Positions 1 through 13,667 of a stretch of 64,000 nucleotides of DNA are shown piece after piece (positions within the stretch are counted from its first letter, which is position 1; the number at the start of each line of letters is the position of its first letter). Made by a program: the position numbers and the translations under genes. Source of the DNA: Lama guanicoe (taxonomy: Eukaryota); the NCBI GenBank assembly GCA_013239625.1, contig MU053873.1, positions 1,564,524-1,628,523 of the forward strand. The letters run 5' to 3'. The notes below the pieces were generated by a model. It saw only the letters and a list, made by a program, of their open reading frames with translations. It did no database searches and was not told the DNA's origin.

Positions 1-130
1 CAAAATCCAGACTCATATATTATGATCTTCTCTTTGAGTTTCCTTAGCTGCTGTATTAAAGGACTTGTCATATTGTATGGACATTTGTTTTAATTTTTTT
101 CTTTTTCTTTTTTTTCAAATCCTCGATGGC

Positions 131-252
131 TTTTAATTTTATTTATTATTATTATTTTATTTATTATTATTTTTAATGGAAGTACCAGGGAATGAACCCA
201 GGACCTCATGCATTCTAAGCATGCACTCTACCACTGAATGATACCCTACCCC
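131..252 (-). mobile_element. Camelid tRNA-Ala-derived SINE (Vic-1-like)
   Basis: Reverse complement GGGGTAGGGTATCATTCAGTGGTAGAGTGCATGCTTAGAATGCATGAGGTCCTGGGTTCATTCCCTGGTACTTCCA is tRNA-Ala(AGC)-like and followed by an A-rich tail; TGGCT occurs on both sides. Confidence 0.88.
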
Positions 253-279
253 TGGCTATTTGATTTACACATCTATCTC

Positions 280-440
280 TTCCTATAGACTGTTGGCTCC
301 CCAAGTGCAGAGACCATGTTTCATTCATGTGCTCATTCTCCTCCCCATCCCTCCCTCTCCTGCCTCTGTCTCTAGTACAGTACCATTTGTGCTACGTTCT
401 GTAGTCAGCTTTTGTGGCATGAACAGGTTGTTGAAAGAAA
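280..440 (+). mobile_element. L2 3' end fragment
   Basis: tagactgttggctcccc...agagaccatgt...gttgttgaaagaa resembles the L2 3' terminus. Confidence 0.6.
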
Positions 441-2462
441 AGCTAGAGATACTAGCTTTAGAACATACCTAAATCAATGCAAACAGAAGTATCACCAGTG
501 TTATATACTAGTATTTATTATAACTCACACCCATAAAATGCTGGATACATATTTCACCAGTACAGGCTTGCCATGTAGGCATACACGTCTCTCTTACTGA
601 AACATTTTTGCCTAAAACTCACACAAAGAACTGAGTAATGCGGTTAGACTTCCCATGAGGTCACTCCTCTTGGCCGAGGAGGAGCAGAATCCTGGGATTG
701 GAATGAATGAGAGCTCCATAGTTTATAATTATGGGAAACTTTTCCTGCCCATAAAGAAACATTTTTGGTTCAACTCACACTTGACTTAACGTTCAGACCT
801 TTCCCAGCTGGCACACTATACGGTATATACTTCCAAGGGAAAATATCCCATTTTTGCTGAACCCCTCCTAGCCTCTCTCTGTATCCCCAAACATTAGTGT
901 AATACAAGAAAAGCCCCTGGATGAATCTGTCATGGCAGGTGAAGGAAATGCTGTGGAGGAATCTCCTTTGAAGAATCTCCTGTGGTGTCTAGCTATCATT
1001 TGAGAATAAGAGGGGGTTCTTTTCTGGGCAATGGAAAGACAAAGAACTTCCCCCGGGTGTGAAGGTGCAGTCTTATGTTGCAGTCACCTGTGAATGGATT
1101 GTAATAAGTCTTGTCTGGATCTCTTGAGTTGGATTTAATAACCTGCTGAACGCTCCAGCAGGATCAATAAGCCTTTTACAGCCAGCAGAGCTCTGTGTAC
1201 TGCTGCCTATCCATGAGAAATTTTGTCTCAGCTTAGCTGGAAGGGGCCTTTCCATGGCTACAGATATTTGCTTTCACTCTTTGACTCGTGTGCATCATAC
1301 TGCCACTTGGGCTGAGGTGACTGTTGCAAGTAGAAAAAGAGCCTGCATTTTTCTTTGTCAGGTTCTTGCACCTTTCACAGTAGAAGTGATGCCAGTCAGA
1401 ATCTGCTGTTGCAGGCTACTGTCACAATGGCTTTTTCCATTCTTTCCTTTCCAGCTGGCGTCTGTCAGCTGGTGACCAGGCTGGAAAGCAGGTTTCCACT
1501 ATTTGAATATTCCGTCTGGAGCCCAGACACATTGTATGTGTGCATCCTTTTTATTACCACATCATGAGGCAGTCATTAGGAACAGAATTTTTTTCCTTCT
1601 TTAGATTTTTTTGTTTAATTTAAGCATCATAAAATATTTTAGAACTTAATTTTCAAAATCCTCTCACTGAGAAGAGAAAACGCTGTCCTTTATATTTGGT
1701 AGAAGAGGACATTTTTGAGAAGTTATGCTGTGTCCACCCAGAGAACTCAGAATGAGACTTCAGAGTTCTTGCTATTCAACCTGGATGATCAATCTTAACT
1801 CCTGATTCATGTGGTTGTCGAACTGAAGGAATTGGTGGGGAATAAGATTTTATGACTGGCAGCCCTTAGGAACCTGCTAACTTCCTCCGCCCCTACTAAC
1901 CTAGAACATTGTTTTGAAGACTGCTTGACTTTAATTATACAATCACAAATGGTTAGGAGAAAAGGAAAATAGTGAAATTAATTGAATCTGGAGTATCAAA
2001 TAAGCTAGTTGGTTCCATTTTTTATTTGCCTACATTAGAATAGGACTACCAGGTTGAATTTAATAGTTTTAGAGTTGGCCTTTGCTAGGAACAGTTGATA
2101 GTAGTTCATTATGATAGCGGTTAATAGTTAATTATCTTCTTGATCCACTTGGTCCCTCCCTGATTTTAGCTAGCTTAACTTAATTTTGTTTGTTTTGTAG
2201 AGGGCTTATTTGTTCTTTGTGTGATTTTTAAAGGCAGTTGATACTCTATTCAAGAGATACAAGATTAGCTATCTTTTCCTTTGAAACTAACCGTATTATC
2301 TGAATGGGAGGTTGTTTTTATTTTTAAACCACCTTGAAAATATTTATATTCCATTTATTGGTTTAAATAAAATTTAAAAATTGGTTCCTACCAGTAGAGG
2401 GGATCTTCACTGAGGAGTGTCTCTCCTCAGATCTGGGGTATACTCTGAGCATGTGTACTTTT

Positions 2463-4336
2463 AAAAATTTTGTTTTTTATTGTGGTAAAACATACCAAAA
2501 TTGACCAATTTTATCATTTTTAAGTGTACAGTTCAGTGGCATTAAGTTCATTCATGTTGTTGAGAAACCGTCACCCCCGTCTATCTCCAGAACTTTTCCG
2601 TGTTCTGAACGTAAACTCTGTACTCTAAACACTAGCTCCACATTCACTTCCCCACCATGCCTCTGGCCCCTTGTGACCTCTATAACACTTTCTTTCTCTA
2701 TGAATTTGACTACTCTAGATATCTCTTATAAGGGAATCATATAATATTTGTCCTTTTGGGTCTGGCTTATTTCACATAGCATACTGTCTTCAAGATTCAT
2801 CCATGTAATAGCATGTGTTAGAATTTCTGTCCTTTTAAAGTCTGAATAATTTTTCATCGTATGTATGTATCACATTTTGTTTATCCATTCATCTTTGATG
2901 AACGCTTGGGTTGCTTCTGCCTTTTGGCTATTAATGCTGCTATGAACATACCTATACAAGTGTCTGTTTAAGTCCCTGCTTTCACTTCTTTTGGATATAT
3001 ACCTAAAAGTAGAATTGCTGGATCATACAGTAACTTTGTGTTTAATTTTTGAGGAACTGCCCAGACTGGTTTCCACAGCTACTGCACTATTTGCATTTCC
3101 ACCAGCAGTATACAAAAGTTCTAATTTCTTCACATCTTCACCAACACTACTTCTTTCATTCCTTACATGTAATAGCATTCTAATGAGGGTGAAGTGGTAT
3201 CTCATCATGATTTTGATTTGCACTTCCTTAATGACTAGTGATGTTGGACATCTTTTCATGTGCTTGTTAGCCATTTGTCTATTTTCTTGGAGAAATGTCT
3301 AGTCAAATCCTTGGGTATTTTTAAATTGGGTTGTTTGGTTTTTGTTGTTGAGTTGCAGGAGATTTTTATATATTTTAGTATCAATCCCTTATCAGGTATA
3401 TGATTTGCAAATATTTTCTCCCATGCTGTACATTGTCTTTTCACTCTCTTATTAGTGTTCTTTGCACAAAATTTTTTAATTTTGATGAACTTCAGTTTTT
3501 TTTCTTTTATTGCTTGTGCTTTTGGTGTTATATTCAAGAAACTGCTGCCAAATCAAAGGTCATGAAGATTTTCCTCTATGTTTTCTTCTAAGAATTTAAT
3601 AGTTTTAGTTTTTATAGTTTAGGTCTTTGATCCATTTTGAGTGAATTTTTATATTTGGTGTAATGTAAAGGTCCAAGTCATTCTTTTGCACGTAGACATG
3701 CAGTTTCCCAGCACTATTTGTTGAAAAGACTGTCATTTCCCCCACTGAATGGTTTTGGCACTTTGATGGAAAATCAATTGACCATATATTTGAGGATTTA
3801 TTTTTGGGCTCTCTGTTCTATTCCACTGGTCTATGTATCTGTCTTTTTGCTGTTACCATAATATTTTGATTATCATATCTTTCTAGTCAGTTTTGAAATT
3901 AGGACCTGTGCATCCTCCAACTTTGTTTTTCTTTTTCAAGATTATTTTGGCTATTTAGGGCCCCTTGAGATTCCATATGAATTCTGGGATGGATTTTTTT
4001 CTTTCTGGAAAAAGTGCCATTGAGGTTTTGATTGAAATTGTATCCAATCTGCAGATCATTTGGGGTAGTATTGTCATCTTAACAATATTATGTCTTCCAA
4101 TCCATGAACATGGGATGTCTTTCCATTTGTTTATGTCTTCTTTAATTTCTTTCAGCAACATTTTTTTAGTTTTCAATGTATATGTCTTTTATCCTTTGGT
4201 TAAATTAATTTTTTCTATTTATATTTACCATTTTAAAAGTTATTTTTATTCTTTTTGATGCTATTATAAATGGAATTGTTTTCTTGATTTCCCTTTGGGA
4301 TTACTCATTTATTAATATGTAGAAGTACTACTAGTT
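2463..4336 (-). mobile_element. 5'-truncated L1 (L1MB-like 3'UTR plus ORF2 C-terminus) inserted in a MER5-like relic
   Basis: Minus-strand ORF2 fragments ([42 protein letters not shown]). Degenerate TSD tgagcatgtgtactttt (2446-2462) / tgagcatgtatattttt (4337-4353). Confidence 0.92.
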
Positions 4337-4764
4337 TGAGCATGTATATTTTTGAAAAGCTTTGTAGGGAGTTCTGATGCATGTCTTTGGTTAGGCACTC
4401 TGCCCCTAGACCATCTTAAATAAACGTATCTGGAGCTAGAAAATGTTTTAAATCTCACCTTTGGCACTTACCCATTTATGACCTTGGACATTTCCTCAGT
4501 GTTAAGATTGGATTTATACTATTGATCATACAGAGTTATTATAAGGATTAAAGGTGCATGTTACCTTGAATTAGTAACCCCTCAACAAATATTAGCTGTT
4601 TATTTACTTATTTTTAAAATTTTTATTTCACTGTTATTCCTAGATAGGTAATGCTTGAAGTGAGTTTGAAAACCAAGTAAAAGTTGGGTAAAGGAGAAGT
4701 ATTCTGTCAGAAATAGCCCATATATGACAATACAGAGGTATAAAAAAGTTTGCCTTAATTGGGT

Positions 4765-4880
4765 GACTACATAGTGATTAAGAACATGGGCTTTGGAATT
4801 AGGTAGATTTGTGTTCAAATTCCAGTTCCTTTCCTTTTCCACTCTGTGTCCCTGGGTTAGTCATTTAGCCTTTCTGACAC
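4765..4880 (+). mobile_element. MIR fragment
   Basis: catagtgattaagaacatgggctttggaattaggtaga...gttcaaattccagtt matches the MIR 5' part. Confidence 0.7.
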
Positions 4881-4884
4881 ATGA

Positions 4885-6377
4885 GTCAAAAAAAATTTTT
4901 TTAATGGAAATTACCAAGTATTTTGAACTGAATGAAAATACAGCATATCAAAGTTTGTAGGATGCTGCTACAGCAGCACTTATGGGGGACATTCACAACA
5001 TTAGTGGCTGTATTATTAAGAGGAGAAGTGTCTCAAATCAATAACTTCAGCTTTCATCTTAAGAAACTAGAAAAAGAAGAGCAAATTAAACTGAAAGTAA
5101 GCAGAAGAAAGGAAATAATAATGATCAGAAATCAATGAAATAGGAAAAAAATACAGAAAATTGATAAACCTCAAATCTGGTACTTTGAGAAAATCAAGAA
5201 AATTGATACTCTAGCCAGACATATTAGGGAAAAAAAGACACAAATTACCAATATCAGGATGAAAGAGTAGATATCACTACAGATATTAAAGAGAGGTATT
5301 AAGGGAATATTATGATTTATGCCAATTTGTCCCAATAACTTGGATGACTTAGATGGAATGGAAAAATTTCTTGAAAGAAAAAAACTACCAAAACTCACTT
5401 AAGAATAAACATTAAATTACCTGGATATCCCTGTATTTACTAAAGAAATAGAATTGATAAATTAAACTTCATTAAAATAAAAACTTTTGTTCTTTGAAAG
5501 ACACTTTTGAGGGAATGCAAAGAAGCAAACAGTACAATTTAAAAATTGGCAAGAGTTGAACTTGATCAACGAATGGTGATGAATAAGAAAAACAACATAA
5601 AAAGATGTTCAACATCAATAATTTTTAGAGAAATGCACATTTAAACCCTACATACCTATTAGAATGGCTAAAATTAAAAAGATTGACTATGCTAAGTCTT
5701 GTTGAGAATGTGGAAGAACTGGAACTCATAAATGTTGCTGCTGAGAATTTAAAATTGTACCATCACTTTCAAAAACAGTGTGGCAATTTCCTAAAAAGTT
5801 TAACACATACCTACCATACGACCCAACAATTTAACTGAGGTATTTCCTCTAGAGAAAAGAAAGCATATGTTCACACAAAGACTTGTGCATGAATGTTCAT
5901 AACAACTTTATCTGTAATAGCCAAAAAACTGGAAACAACCCAAATGTCCATTAACAGCTGAATGGATAAACAAATTGTGCTTATATCCAAACAACAGAAT
6001 GCTTCTCACTAATACGAAGGAACAGACTATTGATACATGCAACAACATGGATGAATCTGAAAATAATTATCTTGAATGAGAGAACCCCTCCACCCCAAAA
6101 AAGTACATACTATATAGTTCCACTTATATAAAGCTCTAGAAAATACAAACTAATCTTTAGGCACAAAAAGTAAATCAGTAGTTACCTGGGGATGGGAGAA
6201 AGTGGGGAGGGGCAAGGGGTAGAGATTACACAGAGGCAGGAAGAAACTTTTGGGGGTGGTGGGATATGTTCACTGTATTGCTGGTTTCAGCAATGGTTTC
6301 ACAGGTGTTGATGTCAGAGCTTATCAAGTTCTGCTTGTAATATATGCTATTTTATGTCAGTTACCTCAGTAAATAAA
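4885..6377 (+). mobile_element. Internally deleted L1 (L1MC/L1MD-like), sense orientation
   Basis: ORF2 fragment (SFHLKKLEKEEQIKLKVSRRKEII) joined to 3' ORF2/3'UTR sequence (ctggaaacaacccaaatgtcc, gaaacttttgggggtggtgggatatgttcac). Confidence 0.88.
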
Positions 6378-6769
6378 TTGCGTGCTGTTTTCAATTATCT
6401 GTGCAATTTGACCCTTCTTCAGATCATTGTTTTGTTTTCCCTTCATATTCGTGTTACTGTCCACCCATGACAGAAAAGTTCATCTCAATTTGAGGAGTTT
6501 ATTGGAGACATTTCCCCAGGTGGAAATTGGAATGAGTAACTTGGGACCATAGAATGAAAATTTGAGTCACTCTTGTTTTTCTGTGAGATGCGGTATAGTT
6601 TTCCATTTCATTATGGAGTCATTAACAGGCAGACTGTGTCGTGTAAGGAGCTTGGGGTTTGGAGGCTTGGAATTTGTACTTTGCCATTTACTGATTCTTA
6701 CTAACATCGGGTGGGTTTGTTCACCTCTGAGCCATAAACTACAGGGTTGAGGACAATCACTGACTGCAT

Positions 6770-7310
6770 TCTATTCAGGAATCAATTGTTTTAAGTGAAG
6801 AAACCTCTTTAAATTTGTATAAGCAAAAAAGAAAAGAAAAGGAATATAATCGCAGAATATAAAGGTATCTGATGAATTCTGGGGCGGGGAGTTCAGCTGG
6901 AGCCTCAGGAGGGCCTGGAACCAAGGTAAGGTCACTTTCTCACATTTGCTTCTCATCAATCATTCCCTCCCCACCCCTTCCTCCCTTTTCTTCCTCTCCT
7001 TCTCTTCCTCCCTAGTTCAAGACTTCTGGTTCTCCCTGCACACTGACCAGTCACACAGCCATCCTAAAACTTAGTTCTGCCACAGTGACTAGTTCCCATA
7101 ATTGATTGCCTAGTTTCAGCAGAAACTCTCTAGAGTCCCCTAGGCCTGATAACAAACAGAGGTCGTCTGACTGGCTCAACTGGGTCCTGGGGTCTATTGA
7201 GGTAGAAGAGCTGCAGCTGAAAGGGTGAAGTCACGTGGCCCACTCCCTATGGGCTTTGAGAACAGATTCTTGAGAAGGGCTGTGTGAAACAGGCACACGG
7301 AATATTACAT
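6770..7310. mobile_element. Old MLT1-type (ERVL-MaLR) LTR remnant
   Basis: Start tattcagga...ttttaagtgaagaaacc...ataagcaaaaaag resembles old MLT1 termini; highly diverged. Confidence 0.45.
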
Positions 7311-7319
7311 GTGCTATGG

Positions 7320-7462
7320 AACTGTGAGACTCCATGGACCCGCAGTGTCAGCATCATCTGAGAGCAGTAAGAAATGCAGAATCTCAGGCTGTGCCCTGGA
7401 CACTGCATTTTGAAATGACCTCAGGTGATGCACATGCACTTTAAACCTTCCGGAAGCACTAC
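7320..7462. mobile_element. MER5A-like hAT MITE
   Basis: cagcatcatctgagag...agaaatgcagaatctcaggc...tgcatttt...caggtgat is the typical MER5 body. Confidence 0.75.
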
Positions 7463-7468
7463 CTAGAG

Positions 7469-7663
7469 CAGGACTTCTCCATCTCTGCATCAACACGTGG
7501 GGCTGGATCATTCTTTGTGGTGGGGGGCTTTCCTGTGTCTTGTAGGATGTTCAACAGTGATAGTGACCTCTGCCTGTCCCTGCTCCAGTTGTGACAACCA
7601 AACATGTTTCTAGACATTGCCAGATGTGCCCTGGGGAAACAGTGCCCTGGCTGAGCACCATTG
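7469..7663 (+). mobile_element. MER20 (hAT-Charlie MITE)
   Basis: ggatcattctttgtggtggggggctttcctgtg...gtaggatgtt...cagttgtgacaaccaaacatgtttctagacattgcc matches the MER20 consensus. Confidence 0.88.
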
Positions 7664-9674
7664 CTCAAAGGATTAAAAGAAATAACATGTGAAGTGTTTT
7701 ATAAACATTAATATCTGTATAAACATGAGTCAGTCTGGTGGGTTTTGCCCTCCAAAAGCCAAAGGCCATGTAAAAGTAGATTTAGTATCAAGATTTTGGT
7801 GAATTTTTATTTCTTCATAATGTTAAATTTTATAACATTCTTGTACCTTTTACTGTGTTATTTAGAAAACCATTTCTTTTCATTTTCCATTTTTCTGACA
7901 TACTAGTAGAATGTTTATTCACATAAATATTATGTACATATTAAATCTTGAACCAAGCCACTTGTTTAGTTGTATTTGTTTTCTATAAAATACCTCCTGT
8001 CATTTTACAGTGAGACCTTTTCAAAGAAATCTCTTTGGGAAGTTCAAGCTCTAATCATTCAGGAAGTTCCACTGCTGTGGCCAACTGTGGAGATGTAAAA
8101 ACAGATCAAATCCAGTTCACATAATTAAGTTCTAATGCACAGATGTTTGAAGCTCATGGAAATGGACTATAAAAGCCAGAATCATTTTAATAGCTTTCCT
8201 TAAACTTTTAACAATGAATAGTGGAAGTAAACATTTTCTCAATTTCAATTTCTTTTTTTGGAGAAGTAAGCCAAGTGTGCTTTCCAAAGGGACTTTGTTG
8301 GCATCACCTAATGTGGTTTAAAACTTCCTCTTTTACATCTTTAATTTCTTACTTATGCTACTATATAAATTCTATTCTTTGAGAAGAAGTCTGTTGTAGT
8401 AATAGCACTGAGTAAGCTCTCAATGAATATTTGTGGAATGGAAAAAAGAAAGGACTGAAGAGCAAGCAGACAAGCCTTGATGGTCCATGGGTGCTGGCTC
8501 TGGCTGACTCTCTCCCCAGAACGCACCTGCTGTGTTCAGGGCTGTGCTGAGAGCATCTTGACAGAAGGGCCGTCCAGTTCCTGGACACGTTCCCTCCACA
8601 AGGCCTACTCTAAGGACATATTAAGTAAATTAGTTCTTTTTGTCAGCATATCTAATGCTTGTCCCTCATTATGAATGGAGTTCTTCCATTGTCATAGGAC
8701 AGGGGGCCATTTTAAAACACGAGTCTATGCATAATTTAAAATAAAATGGTAAGATGTGTGCATAATTTGTTCCCATTTCCAGGGTTTAATGCCTGTATTA
8801 AGAGGCCTGAAAGGGAGTGTGCAGATTAGCTGAGGCCTTGTTCCTAGCCACTCCCTGATGGGGTCTTCTTCAGCATGAATTACCAGATTTGAAGGATTTA
8901 TTTCAACTTAGTCTTTCACCATAGAAAAAAAATTGGCTGATACTGTTGTGCTTGTCTAAGGATGATGAGTAATCCTTTTCTCTGTTACCCTAGAATGTAG
9001 ACAGCTTCTAAACATTATTTAGCACTGAACTCAGTAGCCGACCTTAGAAATAGTCATTGCTGTGTCTGTGTCTGTGATCCAGCTCTGTGCTTGTACGTGA
9101 GGTTTAGTCATTAAAGTCTCACATGCAAAGGCAGAAGGAAGCCATTCTCACATGCAGAATGAATTTTGAAGAGGAAATACTTTTACTGTCGCTTCGGACA
9201 CTAAAGATACCAAGTTCCAAAGCTTATGTTTTTCTTGTCAGCAGAGGGAGAGGGACTTAGACTCACCTTCAGGTCCTGTGGATTTTCTGGGTTACCCACA
9301 GTGGCAGCCGTGAACTACACTTGGGATTTACTCTCTTTTGAAAGCATGTGGGTGTTGTGTTCTGCTTTACCTCTCACATCTGGTGATCAGAGCTCAGGGT
9401 CAACAAGGGAAATGTCTGACTGTGCATGCAGATTTGCAGTTTGTCCATAAAAGATTTAGTGCTGTTTTTTCAGCCCTCTATGTCAGGCTTCAACTGCATT
9501 AATGCTCATTAAGGAGCAGCAGTTATGTGAACCCAGACATACACACAGAGCTCTCATCAATATTGACAGAAGTGGGTGTGTAGCAAGGGGGTGAGGGATG
9601 TCAGTGAGGGTGGGGAACAAAATTAGGCTCCTAAGGCAAGATCAATAAAGCTTGATTTAATTGCTTCCTAGATT

Positions 9675-10100
9675 TGTTGTTTCAATAATTTTTATTGAGT
9701 AACCACGAGAGCCCAGCCACTATTCCAGGTGCAGAGGATACAAAGTTAAATGGTTAGATAAAGCCTTTTCTTTCTCATAACCATAGCCTTGTAGAGTAAA
9801 GACGCAGGATAAAGAATCAGTCTTAAGTGCTACAAGAGTGACCTGGACAGTGGGCACATTTCACAGGGAAAGTAACATTTGAAATAGGTCCTGAGAGGTA
9901 AGTAGGAATTCTCCAGATGGAAATGGAGGGATAGGGCACTCCAGGCAGAGTAAACAGGGTGAGACTCAGAGGTATGCAAGTTCATGCCATGTTCACAGCA
10001 TGACAGGCCGTTCCAGTAGTTTCAATCTAAGGAGCTTCAACATGGGGGGAGACAAGACTAGGTGGGCAGACTGAGGCTGAGTTATGGTGGCATGCATACA
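9675..10100 (-). mobile_element. L2 fragment
   Basis: ttcaataatttttattgagt...ccaggtgcagaggatac...ggcactccaggcagag resembles the antisense L2 3' region. Confidence 0.7.
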
Positions 10101-10848
10101 ATACTGTGGATTCAGACACCACCCAGTGTCCTAAGCGATTGGAAACTATCAAAGCCAGTTCCTGTCTTCCGTTACTTAACTCCAACTTCACCAACACCTG
10201 CAACTTCAGCCTCCCCTAGTCAGTCTCTAGGTCGGTCTCTGAAGCTAAGGTAGCTTTGGGTTATTAGCCAATGGGATCTAGAATTAGTCTTGCTGCCCTA
10301 AACTGTGGTGTGCCCCAACGCTCCCAAGCTCCCTGAGCTCTGTAACTGGACCCTCACTGTAGTCTTGCTCACCTGGTCTTTTGTGACTGGGCTTTTTCTT
10401 GGTTTCTTACTTAACTTTCCAGTTCCCAGAGCTAGAGCTTGCCTCATGCTTCTGCCTCCTTGACTAGAGCCCAGACACTGAGTCTGTCTTATTAGTCTTC
10501 GTCTTTGAGCCTAGACTCTTCTTCCTGTATTCCAGCTGCTCGCTGGGATTCTGCTCCAACTGACTTTCCCAGAGCCACACCATTGTCCCCTGCTTACTGG
10601 GAGTGCCTGTTACTCTTACAGTGTATCCAGCTCACCTGCTCAGACCTCCTTACGTGTTAGTATCATCTCAGCTCTTGGCTGGATTTGTTGCATTTCTATG
10701 AATATAAATTTTTATTGGTAATAGGCCCGTGCCCCAGCTTTTTTGTAACTGTCAAACTCATCAAAGTTGTTAGTTCTTCTCACCTTAATCTTGGCTCTTC
10801 CCAACTTCTTCCGACTCCCAGTAGCCACATTGCATGCTCCAACATGTC

Positions 10849-11407
10849 TGTGGTAAACACACTCCTAAGATGCTTCCCATGATCCCTATTGTCCCTGCTT
10901 CCTGATGTTCATGTACTTGAATGATCCCCTCCCTTTGAGTGTTGGCGGGACTTGTGACTTGCTTCTAAACAATAGAATATGGCAAAAGTGACAGCATATA
11001 CATGGTCATGTGTACATGGTTATGCTATACACAATTGTAGCACTTATCTTGCTGGAGTCCCTTCCTTGCTGGTTATGTGGAAGCAAATAGCCATGTTGGA
11101 GAACTCCATGTAGCAAAGAACTGCAGGTGGCCTTGAAAAGCTGAGGGCAGTCTCCACTCCTTACAACCACAAGGAACTAATGCTTCCAACAACCACATGG
11201 GTTAGGGGGGAAGCAGACTCTTTGCTACCTGAGCCTCCAAATGAGAACCCAGGTCTGGTTGACACCCTGATTGCAGCCTTGCAGAAGACTCAGCTAAGCA
11301 GTACCTGAAACTCTTGAGTCAAAGGACTGTGAAATAGTAAGTGTGTGTTACTTTTAGGCTACTAAGTCTGCGGTAATTTTGTTATGCAGCAATGGATAAC
11401 TAATACA
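10849..11407 (+). mobile_element. MLT1 (MLT1F/G-like) solo LTR with perfect 5-bp TSD
   Basis: TG...CA termini (tgtggtaaac ... ggataactaataca), internal gacttgtgacttgcttctaaacaatagaatatggcaaaagtgac, and ATGTC on both sides (10844-10848, 11408-11412). Confidence 0.92.
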
Positions 11408-12059
11408 ATGTCTCAGTGGAGCAAAACAAGATACAGCAATTAGAATATCTGTTCTAGTTAAATACTTGACATCTGGTAATTAGATGTGTAATTGTGCTTT
11501 ATTAAACATTTTTTTCTCTCTCCTACTAACATTCCTAAGGAAATGGGGAATTTTTATTTTCTACAAGGAAATGGTTCATCACCTTAATTGTCTCATTCCT
11601 GAAACAGGTGTCCTAGATAAAGGACACCAGATGGGATCCAGCAGCTGGAGTAGGAAAACTCTAAAATCATAGAGATTATATTGAGTGCAACGTTGTGTGT
11701 AGCAGAGAACAAATTAAAAAATGACTTGAAGATTTTCTTGAGAGCATTTGGGAAGGTATCAGTAGTGTCTGAAGTGTAGTAATAAGTGGTTCACGGTGAG
11801 TATCATTGCTTTTGAAATTGAGGCAGTTCACAAGTTTATGAACAGAAAAGATAGACATTTGTCCAGAGCATTTAAAACTCTCAGTTTCTTAACAGTATCA
11901 GATTGATCTGTTATTTATGCATCATTCTCATAGTAATTTTTCCATTTATTTTAGTTCTTCTGATCTTCAATCACTTAATCTGTCTCAGCTTTTGCATATG
12001 TGCAGAAATAGGATAATTTCCATTTCATGTCGGGGAAAGAGACTTAAAAAGAATATTGT

Positions 12060-12262
12060 GTAAATACCTACTGAGTACTTTGCTACTTGTTTCACATCTC
12101 ATGTGATCTTCACAGCAGGTCTATGAAATGAGGTGTTTTTCCCTTAATCTTCATTTTGTTAAGTGAGCAAATTAAGGCCAGATAAGTAATGTGCCCTAGA
12201 ACACACAGCTAATAAGTCTCAGAAACAGAACTTAAATCCTAATTTCTTCAAAACTGTCTTTC
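12060..12262 (-). mobile_element. MIR
   Basis: tacctactgagtac...gatcttcacagca...cattttgttaagtgagcaaattaaggc...cacacagctaataagt matches the antisense MIR core. Confidence 0.7.
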
Positions 12263-12270
12263 CTATACAC

Positions 12271-13667
12271 CAGCAGTTTTCAAAATGTGGTCCATGTACC
12301 TCTGGGAGTCCTTTCAGGGACTTCAGGAGGTCAAAATTATTTTCATATTAGTTCTAAGATATTATCTGTGGAGTACTTTTTTTTTAAACCATGTTGATGG
12401 TTTTTGCATCAATGGTACAAAAACTATGGTGGGAAAAACTGCTGGCACCTTAGTGTGAGTCTGGGCAGTAGCACCAAACTGCGAGAAGTTGTTACATTCT
12501 TCGCTGCCCGTAAACTTGCAATTGAAGGGGGAGTGGGAAACCAGTTTCACTTAAGAATGTCCTCAATAAAGCAATGAAAAATATTAGTTTTATTGAATCT
12601 CAACCCTTGAATGTGTGTCTTTTTAAGAAGTATGACCAAATAGGTGGTGTGTTTATATCCCATTTGCTGTGTCCCAACCAAAGTACTGTGGTTGTCTCAA
12701 AGAAAAGCCACTTGTTTTGAGTTGTGAGCTGAGAGGCTGTTTTTTTCATGAAACACATTTTTATTTTCCTTGAAAGAATGACAAAAAAAAAACCCTGGTT
12801 ATTCAGACTTAAATATTTGGAGAGATTTCATCAAAAATGAATGAGTGGGGGAAAAAACTGAATGAGCCTATTGCTTCAGGGAAAACAGTATTTGTTGCCA
12901 ATTCAAGGTTTCAAGGAAAAATTAGAATTTTGGAAAAATTGTATTCACCAGTGTAACTGGTGAATTTGACAACTTCCCAATACCTAAAGATTTTTCTGAT
13001 GAAATTGGTGGTGAGTTTTTGATATTACATACTGAAATGCATTGACATTTGGAAGATCTGTAGACTGAACAGTATTTCCAAATAACTAATGCATAATGGT
13101 ACACAGTCATGAGTATTTAAAAGATCCATTCAAAGTGCAAGATAGACCATTGTAGTTTTATATAGTAGTACAAAAAGTTTGTTGATGTAGTGTCAGACTC
13201 CACATTGTAGCTAACTTAAAAATATCGCTTGTTGAGTTTTGGTATAGTATTAAAGAATAGTATCTGCAGTTGTCTCTTTTCCATTGCAAATCTGTATAAG
13301 GCTGGGTTTTATTAATATATTTCAATCCAAACAACATATTGCAATAGATTGAATACAAAAACAGTTATGAAAATCCAGCTGCCTTCTATTAAGCACACAT
13401 TTTTAAAGGTATAAAGTGATGCCACTCTTCATTATTTTGTACTTTTAGAGGATCTAGTTAGTTTTTATAAAAATGTGTTATTTGTATTACCCTATATTGA
13501 GTTCATTATTTTAAATTATTAATAAATATTTAAGTTTTCATAATTTTAATTTCATAATTTTAGTAATTATTGAAGATGTAAAATCCACATAAACAAAAGC
13601 TCTTTAGTGTTGTGTTTGTTAATAATATAAAGGGGTCCTTAGACCAAAAGTTGTTTTTGAACTGATG
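12271..13667. mobile_element. Near full-length Charlie1a-like hAT DNA transposon relic
   Basis: Left end cagcagttttcaaaatgtggtcc...gaggtcaaaattattttcata; right end ggggtccttagaccaaaag...tttgaactgatg; ~1.4 kb; degenerate 8-bp flanks ctatacac / ctttatac. Confidence 0.88.

Noticed and set aside
175..252. tRNA-Ala genes (also ~49015-49091 and ~61273-61345)
   Set aside because: Mutated stems or anticodon loops, A-rich tails and TSDs show they are SINE copies, not tRNA genes.
6188..6219. G-quadruplex motif with five G-tracts
   Set aside because: Ordinary G-rich tract of an L1 3'UTR.
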